DNA from: Chthonomonadales bacterium
GTDB taxonomy: Bacteria > Armatimonadota > Chthonomonadetes > Chthonomonadales > Chthonomonadaceae
Direction: 5' to 3'
Assembly (NCBI GenBank): GCA_038217285.1
Contig: JBBQPO010000011.1
Location: forward strand, 1-48,653
Length of the DNA stretch: 48,653 nt
Part shown: positions 19,144-28,335 of the stretch, in pieces
How positions within the stretch are numbered: position 1 is the first letter of the stretch
How the letters are laid out: each line of letters opens with the position of its first letter
Program-made: the position numbers and the translations under genes
The notes under the pieces: generated by a model
The model's input: the letters and a program-made list of their open reading frames with translations, nothing else
Told to the model about the DNA's origin: nothing
Databases searched by the model: none

Positions 19144-20676
19144 TCAATCGACCTCGACGATGGTGAAATGTTTGCCGGGATCCCGGTCGGTGCCGGGTTT
19201 CAAATAGACGATTTTTACCATGTCGCCGGACTTCAGACTCTTGATGGCGTTCTGGAAGGCCTGCACGGTCGGGGTCTCCATACTGTTGACTTTCAGGATG
19301 AGACAGCCTTCCGACAGCTCTTCGTTATCGGAAACGGAGGAGCTGGTGTCGATGGCTTTAATGAGAACGCCCTGGTCCGGAGAGAATCCTGTCTGCTCCG
19401 CAAGATGCTTGGTCAACGGCTGGACTTCGATACCGAGTTTCGCTTTTGTTCCGGTATGGGGTTTCTCCGTGTCGATAACGCGCGCCTCCGCTTCCGCAAC
19501 GGTGGCGGTGAGGGGCAGGGTCTTGCCGTCCCGGACGACGGTCAACTCGATTTTTGTGTCTGGAGCAGTCTGTGCAATGATTGTGCGGAGCTCCGCTTCG
19601 TTATGTATCGCTCTACTGCCGACCGCCGTGACGACATCGCCAACCTTGATGCCGGCTTTATCTGCGGGACTATTGGCGGTCGGATCGGTATCGATGAGCG
19701 CGCCGTAGAGCACATTGAGAGCCAGAGCCGAGTGGGGCGATACTGTTTTGGGAGCGACGCCGAGATAGCCGTAGCTAACGTGGCCTTTCGACAACAGTTG
19801 ATCGATGACGAACTTCGCAGAGTTGATGGGAATGGCGAAGCCGATGCCGATGCTACCTCCTCCATTGCCGGTGTGGTCGCTCTCGATGGCCGTATTGATC
19901 GCGATGACTTCGCCGTTGAGATTGCAGAGGGGTCCGCCGGAGTTACCTGGATTGATAGCGGCATCGGTCTGCATCATGTTCGGGTAGAGGCGTTCGTGGG
20001 TTCCGGAGCCGTCTGCGATCTTTTGCAGACGGTTCAAGCTGCTGATGACCCCGACGGAAAACGAACCCTCGAAGCGGTAGGGACTGCCGATCGCGATGGC
20101 CCAGTGACCGATCTTCACTTTGTCCGAGTCGCCGAGAAGAGCGAACGGAAGTTCCGTAGGCGAATTGATCTTTATCAAGGCCAGGTCGCTGCGGAAGTCC
20201 CGGAGAACGGTGCCAGTGAACTCTCGGCCGTCGTGCAGTTTAACGGAGACTTTGTCCGCTCCTCCAACGACGTGGTCGTTCGTCAGGATCCAGCCTTCTT
20301 TGCGTATAATGATACCGCTGCCTGTCCCGGTCGATCTGCGGATACCGCGCTCCAGGGAGTTCAGACCCTGCGGCAGCTCTTCGGAACCCTTGAGCGTTTT
20401 GGTGCTGTAGACCGTGACAACCGCCGGTTCGACGGCATCCGCAATACCGGCGAAAGCGTCCTGCAGGCTGGCAAGCGCCGTGACAGCAGGTTTGCCCTTT
20501 CCCGCCGGTTCCTGGGCACGGACAGTCGGGGTCCCGAGGAGAGCGAGACAACCGAGGACGGCAGCGATGGAGGTCGCTCTACGCATTCGTCCGGTCGCTT
20601 CATGACGAGTAGAATCGATTTCGGCAGACTGTCGCGGCTCTCCGTAACCTCTCGACACGGTCAACTCATTTCGCAT
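19144..20676 (-). CDS. htrA: HtrA/DegP-family serine protease with two PDZ domains
   Basis: GSGII, LTNDHVV, DLAL and QTDAAINPGNSGGPL motifs; start chosen at MRNELT behind AGGAG (alternative start 20586). Confidence 0.93.
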   Translation of the reverse strand: MRNELTVSRGYGEPRQSAEIDSTRHEATGRMRRATSIAAVLGCLALLGTPTVRAQEPAGKGKPAVTALASLQDAFAGIADAVEPAVVTVYSTKTLKGSEELPQGLNSLERGIRRSTGTGSGIIIRKEGWILTNDHVVGGADKVSVKLHDGREFTGTVLRDFRSDLALIKINSPTELPFALLGDSDKVKIGHWAIAIGSPYRFEGSFSVGVISSLNRLQKIADGSGTHERLYPNMMQTDAAINPGNSGGPLCNLNGEVIAINTAIESDHTGNGGGSIGIGFAIPINSAKFVIDQLLSKGHVSYGYLGVAPKTVSPHSALALNVLYGALIDTDPTANSPADKAGIKVGDVVTAVGSRAIHNEAELRTIIAQTAPDTKIELTVVRDGKTLPLTATVAEAEARVIDTEKPHTGTKAKLGIEVQPLTKHLAEQTGFSPDQGVLIKAIDTSSSVSDNEELSEGCLILKVNSMETPTVQAFQNAIKSLKSGDMVKIVYLKPGTDRDPGKHFTIVEVD

Positions 20677-20728
20677 ATCGGCACTCTCCTGACTTACAGC
20701 GGAATAGGACACAACTGTTGTTACTATG

Positions 20729-20754
20729 GACGACTCTGGAAGATTCAAGTTACA
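20729..20754 (-). promoter_or_regulatory. Candidate ECF-sigma promoter for htrA
   Basis: TGTAAC-N16-CGTC on the minus strand. Confidence 0.55.
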
Positions 20755-20902
20755 GGCTGCCGTTCTCACCTCGATAATATGTAGACGGAGCATTGGCCCC
20801 TTCCGTTCAGTAGGCAGGGCAGAGAATGCAATTCGGCCTAAAATAGATCGACCCGGCGTGTCAAACACCGGGTCGTACTGGGCACAGGTCGTGGCGAACC
20901 AC

Positions 20903-21508
20903 TTAGCGCGGCTGAAAATTATCGAAACGATATTCGGTGCGCACAGGTCGGGCCGGTTCGAGTGTGCGTAACGCTACCGGGTAGAAGCCAGCCGTTTCGG
21001 GATAGGAAGGCTCCCCTGAGCGGAAGACAGGCGGTCGAAAAAAGCGCTCTGGCTCGGAGGGAGCCAGACCTGCCGTCAGCTCAGTGACGGAGGTCGGTGT
21101 CTGCTGCCAGACGATCGTAGACGAGGAGCCCGCGTTGGTCGCGAGGGGCAGATGGTGCACGACGGCATAGACGCCGAGAATAGCCATCGCTCCCAGGCCC
21201 AGACCTTGCGGGGATGCGAAAAGGTCCTGCACCTGCATCCGCAAGCGCATCCATATCATTCCAGGCGTCCGACTAGCCGCCTGGGTCGCGTCCCAGGTGA
21301 CCGAGTAGGCGATTCGTGCTTCGAGGTCCGCAGAAGGTTGATGCGTCCGCATGACGCCAAGCATACGCTTCATCTGAAGAAAGGATTCATACTCCTCAAG
21401 GCATTCAGGACAACGGGCCAGATGTTCAAAAACCTGGCGATGTTCGACACCGCGCAGTTCTCCATCCATATAGGCGGATAGAAGCTGGTTCACTTTACGA
21501 CAGTTCAC
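20903..21508 (-). CDS. Zinc-binding (zf-HC2) transmembrane anti-sigma factor
   Basis: NC..V..LLSAYMDGEL...HLARCPEC plus one TM segment; GTG start overlaps the sigma TGA and follows an AGGAG RBS. Confidence 0.9.
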   Translation of the reverse strand: MNCRKVNQLLSAYMDGELRGVEHRQVFEHLARCPECLEEYESFLQMKRMLGVMRTHQPSADLEARIAYSVTWDATQAASRTPGMIWMRLRMQVQDLFASPQGLGLGAMAILGVYAVVHHLPLATNAGSSSTIVWQQTPTSVTELTAGLAPSEPERFFRPPVFRSGEPSYPETAGFYPVALRTLEPARPVRTEYRFDNFQPR

Positions 21509-22107
21509 CGCGTCTCTCCTATACATTGATTTTGTTGTTGTCTTGCCATTTGAACTTTTGAGCGCAGCATTTTACGTCCTCGATGCAGGCGGGAGCGGAC
21601 CGTTCCGAGCGAACAGTTCATCATCTCCGCGATCTCCTCGTAGGAGAGTCCTTCGATGTCGGCGAGTATGACGGCCACACGGAACTCGTTCGGCAGCGCG
21701 TTCAACGCCGTTTGGAGCGTCTCTTCCAGCGCATGCGAGAGCGCCATATGCTCCGGATTGGATGCGAAATCGGGGATCTCCAGCAGAAATTCCGACTCGC
21801 CATCGCCCCCGCAAAGAGGCTGATCCAAGGACTGAGTCTTGAGTTTCGGACGTTTCCGCAGTTCATCGATGAAGACTCGGGACATAATGCGGAACAGCCA
21901 GTTCTCGAACGGCAGGCTGCGGTCGTAACGGTCGAAGAAGCGGTAGGCGCGCAGAAAAGACTCTTGAGTTAGGTCTTCGGCGTCGGAGCTGTTTCCGGTC
22001 ATTCGGTAGGCGACGTTATACGCCTGTCGGTGACAACGATTCACCAACTGGTCGAACTCCTGCCTATCTCTTTGTATCGTGCCGGTAAACAGTCGCGCGA
22101 TGTCCAT
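21505..22107 (-). CDS. ECF RNA polymerase sigma factor
   Basis: DAEDLTQESF, FENWLFRI, GLSYEEIA..M.CSLGTVRSRLHRGR; AGGAGG RBS before ATG 22107 (in-frame GTG at 22197 also possible). Confidence 0.95.
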   Translation of the reverse strand: MDIARLFTGTIQRDRQEFDQLVNRCHRQAYNVAYRMTGNSSDAEDLTQESFLRAYRFFDRYDRSLPFENWLFRIMSRVFIDELRKRPKLKTQSLDQPLCGGDGESEFLLEIPDFASNPEHMALSHALEETLQTALNALPNEFRVAVILADIEGLSYEEIAEMMNCSLGTVRSRLHRGRKMLRSKVQMARQQQNQCIGETR

Positions 22108-22127
22108 ACCAACGAGCCTCCTTTCTC

Positions 22128-22159
22128 GACATACGGGCGAATTCACAGCGGAAGTTCCC
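22128..22159 (-). promoter_or_regulatory. Candidate autoregulatory ECF promoter
   Basis: GGGAAC-N18-CGTATGTC immediately upstream of the RBS. Confidence 0.6.
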
Positions 22160-22193
22160 GCAGCGCCACCCGCCAGGCTGGTGACGGCTACTT

Positions 22194-23096
22194 TCACCGC
22201 GTCTCTGCCGCCTCCTGAGCCTTGAGGAACTCTTCAGCGGCGCTGCGAGGTCGTTGTGGGAGATGGGTGAGAAGTACCGACACCGTAACGCAGCGATAGC
22301 CCCGCGATCTGAGCGTGTCAAGGATGTGCGGCAGGGCCGCCGCCGTGCCGGGATAGTCGTGAAGCAGGAGAATGCTGCCGTTCTGAATCCAGTGCAGGGT
22401 CTTCGCAGCGATCTTGTCCGGTGAGGTTGTCCTATCGAAATCGCCGGAGGCGGTGGTGTAGCCGACCGTGATGTAACCCATCGAACGAATGTCGTCTAAA
22501 ACTTCGGCATTGTACCGCATCCCCGGTGGCCGCAGCAGCGTCAGATGCTTCCCGGTAAGCCGGTAGTAAGTGATGTCGGTATCGTTGATTTCACGGTGGC
22601 GTTCTTTGGCGCTCAAACTGTCGAGGCGGCGGTGGGTATCGGAATGGTTCGCGATCTCATGGCCCTCGGCGAGCGTTTGCGCGAGTAAGGCCGGATGCGC
22701 TTTCATATTCTTGCCGACATCGAAAAAGGTGGCATGGACTCCGTAGGTTTTGAGAATGGCGAGAATCTCAGGACGGCTTTGCGGATGGGGACCGTCGTCG
22801 AAGGTCAGCGCGACTTCCGGGAGCGCCCGATTGCCATGTGCGAAGTAGGCTTCGTCCGTGCGATACAGGTCTTCGCCGCGTAGTCTGTGGTACCACATCA
22901 ACGGGTTGGCGTTCTGGCTCCATCCCGTGCCGTGAAAGTAGTCGAGCCATACCGCGATCAGCGGCACGAGAATGGCGGTGGCGAGAAGCATCTTGCCCCG
23001 TCGCGTGGCAGGGAGCAGGCGCCGTCTACACCGTGCTGGCGGGAGATCAGAATGCTCTGCGGGATCGGATGTGTCGTCGAGGGGGGGTTCTTCCAT
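22194..23096 (-). CDS. Membrane-anchored polysaccharide deacetylase (CE4/NodB)
   Basis: ALTFDDGP, NHSDTH, LRPPG and LLLHD motifs; N-terminal TM helix; start uncertain (up to 23150). Confidence 0.92.
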   Translation of the reverse strand: MEEPPLDDTSDPAEHSDLPPARCRRRLLPATRRGKMLLATAILVPLIAVWLDYFHGTGWSQNANPLMWYHRLRGEDLYRTDEAYFAHGNRALPEVALTFDDGPHPQSRPEILAILKTYGVHATFFDVGKNMKAHPALLAQTLAEGHEIANHSDTHRRLDSLSAKERHREINDTDITYYRLTGKHLTLLRPPGMRYNAEVLDDIRSMGYITVGYTTASGDFDRTTSPDKIAAKTLHWIQNGSILLLHDYPGTAAALPHILDTLRSRGYRCVTVSVLLTHLPQRPRSAAEEFLKAQEAAETR

Positions 23097-23213
23097 AAAA
23101 GAGTATACGCGTTCAGACAGGCACGATACGCCGCACGGAAACATTGCCATGCTGTGGCAGCACGCCTAGAACGCTAGAATTGGCGGCTTGCCGAGGCCGT
23201 GTCGGCACAAATA

Positions 23214-23242
23214 TTGACAGACGGCGTCTCCTGCCGTATAAT
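23214..23242 (+). promoter_or_regulatory. Consensus sigma70 promoter for tRNA-Leu
   Basis: TTGACA-N17-TATAAT. Confidence 0.9.
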
Positions 23243-23256
23243 TACGAGCGTGTTGG

Positions 23257-23339
23257 GCCGAAGTGGCGGAATGGCATACGCGGTGGTCTCAAAAACCATT
23301 GAGGGTAACCTCATGTGGGTTCGACCCCCACCTTCGGTA
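23257..23339 (+). tRNA. tRNA-Leu(CAA), CCA not encoded
   Basis: Acceptor GCCGAAG/CTTCGGT, anticodon loop CTCAAAA, long variable arm TGAGG-GTAA-CCTCA, GTTCGA T-loop. Confidence 0.96.
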
Positions 23340-23352
23340 TCGGGCGAGAGTT

Positions 23353-23388
23353 CGGGCGGGCGAGATCTTAATCTTGCCCGCCCGCTTT
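23353..23388. terminator. Hairpin terminator after tRNA-Leu, probably bidirectional
   Basis: CGGGCGGGCGAGAT-CTTA-ATCTTGCCCGCCCG-CTTT. Confidence 0.75.
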
Positions 23389-23410
23389 GATTCGAATGGT
23401 TGCGGTTTCG

Positions 23411-24085
23411 CTAGGCCGTCTCGGCTTTTGCCGCCCAGAGCAGGCCTCGGGTCAGGAGGCGCAGCGGGTCCGGCTCGTTGACGGTCGTGGCGTTGTGCCC
23501 GAGAGAGGTGTAGAACACGCGGCCAGCGCCGTAGATTTTGGTCCAGACGACGGGCATCGCTACGGGGCCATTCCCGACATGGGGGCCGTCCGCGCCTGGG
23601 GAGGGGAACTCTGTCGTGGCCAGCACCTTGTTCGCCGGGTCGGTGTGCATATAGTACTGTTCGGAAGTGACGGCGAAATCGCCCGTGCCCTGTGTGATGA
23701 AGTGGCCTGCATCGGTGATTTTCACGGTATACGTCACGCCGGAGTTACCGGGATGGGAGACCCACTGTCCGCCCGTCATGAAATGCCATTCCGTCGCTTC
23801 GCGGAACGAGTCGCACATTCCGCCGTGACACCCTCCTATGCCGACCCCGTTGCGGACGGCGGCGGTGACGCCGTTCACCTGATCCCCCGTGATTTTGCCC
23901 ATCGTCCAGACAGGGACGATGAGATCGAGCGTTTTGAGCCGGTCGGCGTCCAGAAACGCGTCCAGCGTGTCGGAGACTTCGACCTCGAAGCCATGTCCCT
24001 CTAGCACGCCCTGAATGATGTCCGCCACCGGTTTCGGCTCATGCCCGTCCCAACCGCCCCATACGATCAAAGCACTGCGTCCCAT
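23411..24085 (-). CDS. ThuA-like domain protein
   Basis: ALIVWGGWDGHEP, HGGMCDSFR, GGQWVSHPG, SEQYYMH and GRVFYTSLGH motifs. Confidence 0.9.
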   Translation of the reverse strand: MGRSALIVWGGWDGHEPKPVADIIQGVLEGHGFEVEVSDTLDAFLDADRLKTLDLIVPVWTMGKITGDQVNGVTAAVRNGVGIGGCHGGMCDSFREATEWHFMTGGQWVSHPGNSGVTYTVKITDAGHFITQGTGDFAVTSEQYYMHTDPANKVLATTEFPSPGADGPHVGNGPVAMPVVWTKIYGAGRVFYTSLGHNATTVNEPDPLRLLTRGLLWAAKAETA

Positions 24086-24281
24086 GCGTTCTCCTTGTAC
24101 CCACAGCATGCCGCCGAAGCGCGTTCCATGCCGGGTGATATGTCGTTCTCCGAATCGACGCTTCGACATGGCAGGCCATGTTTCCTCCTCCGCGCGGGGT
24201 TGCGCATGGTCCTTCAGTTTCCGATGGAATGGCGAGTCTATCCGAGTCTCAAGCAGGCTCGAAACCTCTATTGTCCGTGGA

Positions 24282-24313
24282 GGGAACGGTCAAGCACTGT
24301 GTTCACGTATGTC
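24282..24313 (+). promoter_or_regulatory. Candidate ECF promoter matching the sigma gene's own site
   Basis: GGGAAC-N18-CGTATGTC. Confidence 0.55.
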
Positions 24314-24437
24314 TGAATTGGAGTTGATAGTCGTCTGCTAAGATTCTGCCTGACGGCGGGGACCTAGCTTTCGTTTCAGATCTCTGCCTCCTCGGAGCAT
24401 TGGTGAACCGAGGTTTGGAAAGGTGGGCTGTGTCGCT

Positions 24438-25775
24438 ATGCGCCTATGGATCGCTGCCTTCTGTCTGTTGCTCTGTGTCGCACGAGCGACGCCGCTCTGC
24501 GCCGACACCTATACTGCGGACGTTATCCGCCGTGTCGATCTGCAGACCCGCGAGATCGTCTATGATCCGGTCTCCAGGAAGATCTACGCGAGCATTCCCG
24601 CTGAGGCAGGCCCCGGCGGCAACAGCGTCATCTCGATCAATCCGGTGACCGGTCAGTTCGGGCAGCCTATATTTGTAGGCAGCCAGCCGGGACACCTCGC
24701 GATTTCCGACGACGGTAAGTATCTCTATGTGGCTCTGGCGGCAGGCGATGTCCGTCAGGTCGATCTGACCACACAGAAGACAGTCGGGCGTTTTGAGGTC
24801 GGGGGAGCGCGCCAGATCGCCGTCGTTCCCGGCCACAACGATCTGATCGCCGTCTCGCTGGGAGGCGGCGCCGGCATGGGCGGTGGAGTAGTGCTGTATT
24901 CGAAGGGTGTGCGCCTGCCGGGCGGCGGTGGTCCGAACTCCTTCGCACTTACCTTCGGACAGCATCTCTACACCTACCAGAATGAGATATCGAGCTGGGA
25001 CTTCAACACCTATGCCTTCGGCCCCGATGGTCTCCTTCCGCGTGCGGGAACCGGTGGATTGATCAGCGGCAACCTCAACATCCGTGGGGATGGAAACGGT
25101 CGTGTCTATACGAACCTCGGCATGGTGATCGATCCGGAAGCACAGCACGTTCTTGCTCAGATGCCCGATGGAAGTTGGGACTCCACACCGGTCCCCGATC
25201 CCAGATTCAATCGAGTCTTCTTCCTGAATCGAGACCATATCGCCTCTGACGACTATAGCACCTTCGTCGCGCTTGATCGCCTGAAGTTGCCGGGAGTGCC
25301 GGGCGCCACCAACCTGATTCGCTGGGGAGACGACGGCTTCGCGTTTCGCACCGCGACGCAGGTCTGCTGGCTGCGTTCGTTCATCGTCGGGAAGCCGGTC
25401 ACTCCTGCGGATCTAAGCGTCTCTGTCAGCCACACGCCCCAGTTTGTGCGGGCGGGCAGCACGTTCTCCTGCAAAATCGTCGCCGCCAACAATGGACCCG
25501 GTCTCGCTTCGGGAACGAACCTCACCTTGACGCTGCCGCCAGGTTGGGGATTTGTGTCGGCCCACAGCGGTTCCGGGCGCGTGACTGTGAAGGAGCGAAT
25601 TGTCGATGTCGATGTCGGCGAACTGAGACCGGGAGATCGTGTCACCCTGAGTGTGGACGTTGCGCCGCGCAGTGAAGCTCAGTTTTTTATGACCGCTACC
25701 ATACGCGCCGATCAATGGGACAATCATCCGGGAAACAACATCGTCGATCATGTTATCAAACTGTCACTCCCTTAG
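24438..25775 (+). CDS. Secreted beta-propeller protein with C-terminal DUF11-like domain
   Basis: Signal peptide; VGSQPGHLAISDDGKYLYV; LIRWGDDGFAF; ADLSVS...N.GP..A.G...DNHPGNN. Confidence 0.82.
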   Translation: MRLWIAAFCLLLCVARATPLCADTYTADVIRRVDLQTREIVYDPVSRKIYASIPAEAGPGGNSVISINPVTGQFGQPIFVGSQPGHLAISDDGKYLYVALAAGDVRQVDLTTQKTVGRFEVGGARQIAVVPGHNDLIAVSLGGGAGMGGGVVLYSKGVRLPGGGGPNSFALTFGQHLYTYQNEISSWDFNTYAFGPDGLLPRAGTGGLISGNLNIRGDGNGRVYTNLGMVIDPEAQHVLAQMPDGSWDSTPVPDPRFNRVFFLNRDHIASDDYSTFVALDRLKLPGVPGATNLIRWGDDGFAFRTATQVCWLRSFIVGKPVTPADLSVSVSHTPQFVRAGSTFSCKIVAANNGPGLASGTNLTLTLPPGWGFVSAHSGSGRVTVKERIVDVDVGELRPGDRVTLSVDVAPRSEAQFFMTATIRADQWDNHPGNNIVDHVIKLSLP

Positions 25776-25870
25776 TCCGCCTGCCGGTCGGTATATGGGA
25801 GCGAGCGGGCATGCAGGAGAATTCGTTCCACACGGCGAATGAGCTCCTAGCTTTTGACTCCCTTGTCCTT

Positions 25871-25924
25871 TTGTCGGCCACCGCCAGAGGAAACCGCTTG
25901 TCGGCCACCGCCAGAGGAAACCGC
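25871..25924 (+). repeat. Perfect 27-bp tandem duplication
   Basis: TTGTCGGCCACCGCCAGAGGAAACCGC twice, ending 3 nt before ATG 25928. Confidence 0.95.
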
Positions 25925-25927
25925 CCG

Positions 25928-27634
25928 ATGAAGCCTCTTCTTACCATCAGCGTCCTTGGCATAATGTCACTGTTCGCCTGCCTGCTCACGGCTGGTTCCC
26001 AGACCCCGTCGCGGTCTGTCGCGCCTCCACCCACGGACCTCGCCCGCAGTGCGTACGCCGTCCTCGAAGCCCACTGTGGCGCCTGCCACGGCGAGAAGGC
26101 CATTGGCGGCTTCAACTTCCGCAGCCGCGCCGCTATGTTGCAGAAAGAGCAGATCCGCACCGACCACTTCGAGAGCGCTCGCATCTACCTTCGCGCCGTT
26201 CTGGAAGCGGAGGGCGCCATGCCTCCACCTTCCTCCCACGACCCTCTTACTTCTGCGGAGAAAGCCGCCCTCAAAGCCTGGATATTTGCCGCCGCGCCGG
26301 AGCCTCCTTCTGGCAACGCTGCGAACGCCGCCGCTCCCCAGAACGAGGAGGCCCTCCTGCAGCGCATCGAACAGGACCTCGCCCATCGCCCCGCCGCCGA
26401 CCGGCCCTTTTTGCGCTATTTTACCCTTACCAGTCTGGTTGGCAGCGGCGTGACCGAAGCGGAGATAACCGCCTATCGCCGGGGCCTTTCTCGACTGCTT
26501 AATAGCCTCTCCTGGCAGCCGCAGGTCACCCCTCCTGTCGCCGTTGATCGTCTCGGCTCCGTGCTACGCATCGATCTGCGCCGCTACGGCTGGTCCGAAC
26601 GCTCCTGGCAACGTCTTCTGGAAGCCTACCCCTACGGCGTTCTCCGAACCTCCCACGCGGCCCAGCATATCCAGGAGTTGACCGGCTGCGACCTGGCCTA
26701 CCTTCGCGCTGACTGGTTCGTCGCCGCCGCCGCAGTCCCTCCGCTTTATCACGATCTCCTCGACCTTCCGGCGAACACACAGGAGTTGGAGAAGCGCTTG
26801 AACGTCTCTCTGGATCAGGATATCGAACAGAACCGCGCCATCCGCGCCGGACTGCAGGAGAGCGGCGTCTCCCGCAATAACCGCGTCGTCGAGCGCCACT
26901 CCACCTCCTACGGCGCCTACTGGCGCTCCTACGACTTCCAGAGCAACGCTGGTGAGCAGAATATTTTCACCCATCCCCTCACCTTCGTCCCCTCCGGTGG
27001 AGAGATCATCTTTAATCTTCCCAACGGTCTCCAGGGCTATCTCCTGGTTGACGGGCGCGGCAACCGCATTGATGATGCTCCCATCGCCATCGTCAGCAAC
27101 CACGATAACATTACCGATCCCGTCGTCCACAACGGCCTCACCTGTATGAGCTGCCACACCCAGGGCATGCGTCGCTTCACCGACGCCCTCCGCCCCACAC
27201 TGCTCTCTGCTGGCGCCGCCGCCGACTATGATAGGAACGCCGCCCTGGCGCTCTACCGGGAACCCGCGCAGATGAACGCCTTCCTCAACGCCGACACCGT
27301 TCGGTTTGTAAAGGCGGCGAGAGAGACCGGTGCGGTCGCCAGCGCCGAAGAGCCTCTCGTCGCTCTGCAGCGCCGCTACGCCTCCTCCTTGAACCTGAAT
27401 CAGGCCGCTGCCGAACTGGGTCTGACCCGCCGGGAGCTGCTGGCACGCATCTCCCTCGCCCCCGACCTGCGCCGCGCCCTCGGCATCCTCCAGTCCGAAG
27501 GAGGTACCGTCAAACGCGATGCCTGGGAAGAGAGCTACGGGATCTTGATCGAGGCGTTCGGAGGAGGCTCCTACCGCCGCCCTGGTGCCTCCACCATCCT
27601 GGAGAGCATCAAGGCCGCGCCGAACCCGAACTGA
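25928..27634 (+). CDS. Secreted di-heme c-type cytochrome of unknown function
   Basis: Signal peptide; CGACH with downstream MPP; second CMSCH; conserved-looking core SGVSRNNRVVERH...YWRSYDF...GGEIIFNLPNGLQGY. Confidence 0.82.
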   Translation: MKPLLTISVLGIMSLFACLLTAGSQTPSRSVAPPPTDLARSAYAVLEAHCGACHGEKAIGGFNFRSRAAMLQKEQIRTDHFESARIYLRAVLEAEGAMPPPSSHDPLTSAEKAALKAWIFAAAPEPPSGNAANAAAPQNEEALLQRIEQDLAHRPAADRPFLRYFTLTSLVGSGVTEAEITAYRRGLSRLLNSLSWQPQVTPPVAVDRLGSVLRIDLRRYGWSERSWQRLLEAYPYGVLRTSHAAQHIQELTGCDLAYLRADWFVAAAAVPPLYHDLLDLPANTQELEKRLNVSLDQDIEQNRAIRAGLQESGVSRNNRVVERHSTSYGAYWRSYDFQSNAGEQNIFTHPLTFVPSGGEIIFNLPNGLQGYLLVDGRGNRIDDAPIAIVSNHDNITDPVVHNGLTCMSCHTQGMRRFTDALRPTLLSAGAAADYDRNAALALYREPAQMNAFLNADTVRFVKAARETGAVASAEEPLVALQRRYASSLNLNQAAAELGLTRRELLARISLAPDLRRALGILQSEGGTVKRDAWEESYGILIEAFGGGSYRRPGASTILESIKAAPNPN

Positions 27635-27717
27635 CGGCGGCAACGACTTCGCGGTGTTGTCGCCTCTTTGAAGATCCCTCCCGATGCCCCTGGGGGTGGC
27701 GTGGTATACTATGTCCC

Positions 27718-28331
<614 letters not shown>

Positions 28332-28335
<4 letters not shown>

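Noticed and set aside
19093..20784. 563-aa ORF on the plus strand
   Set aside because: Antisense shadow of htrA, expected from high-GC codon bias; no motifs
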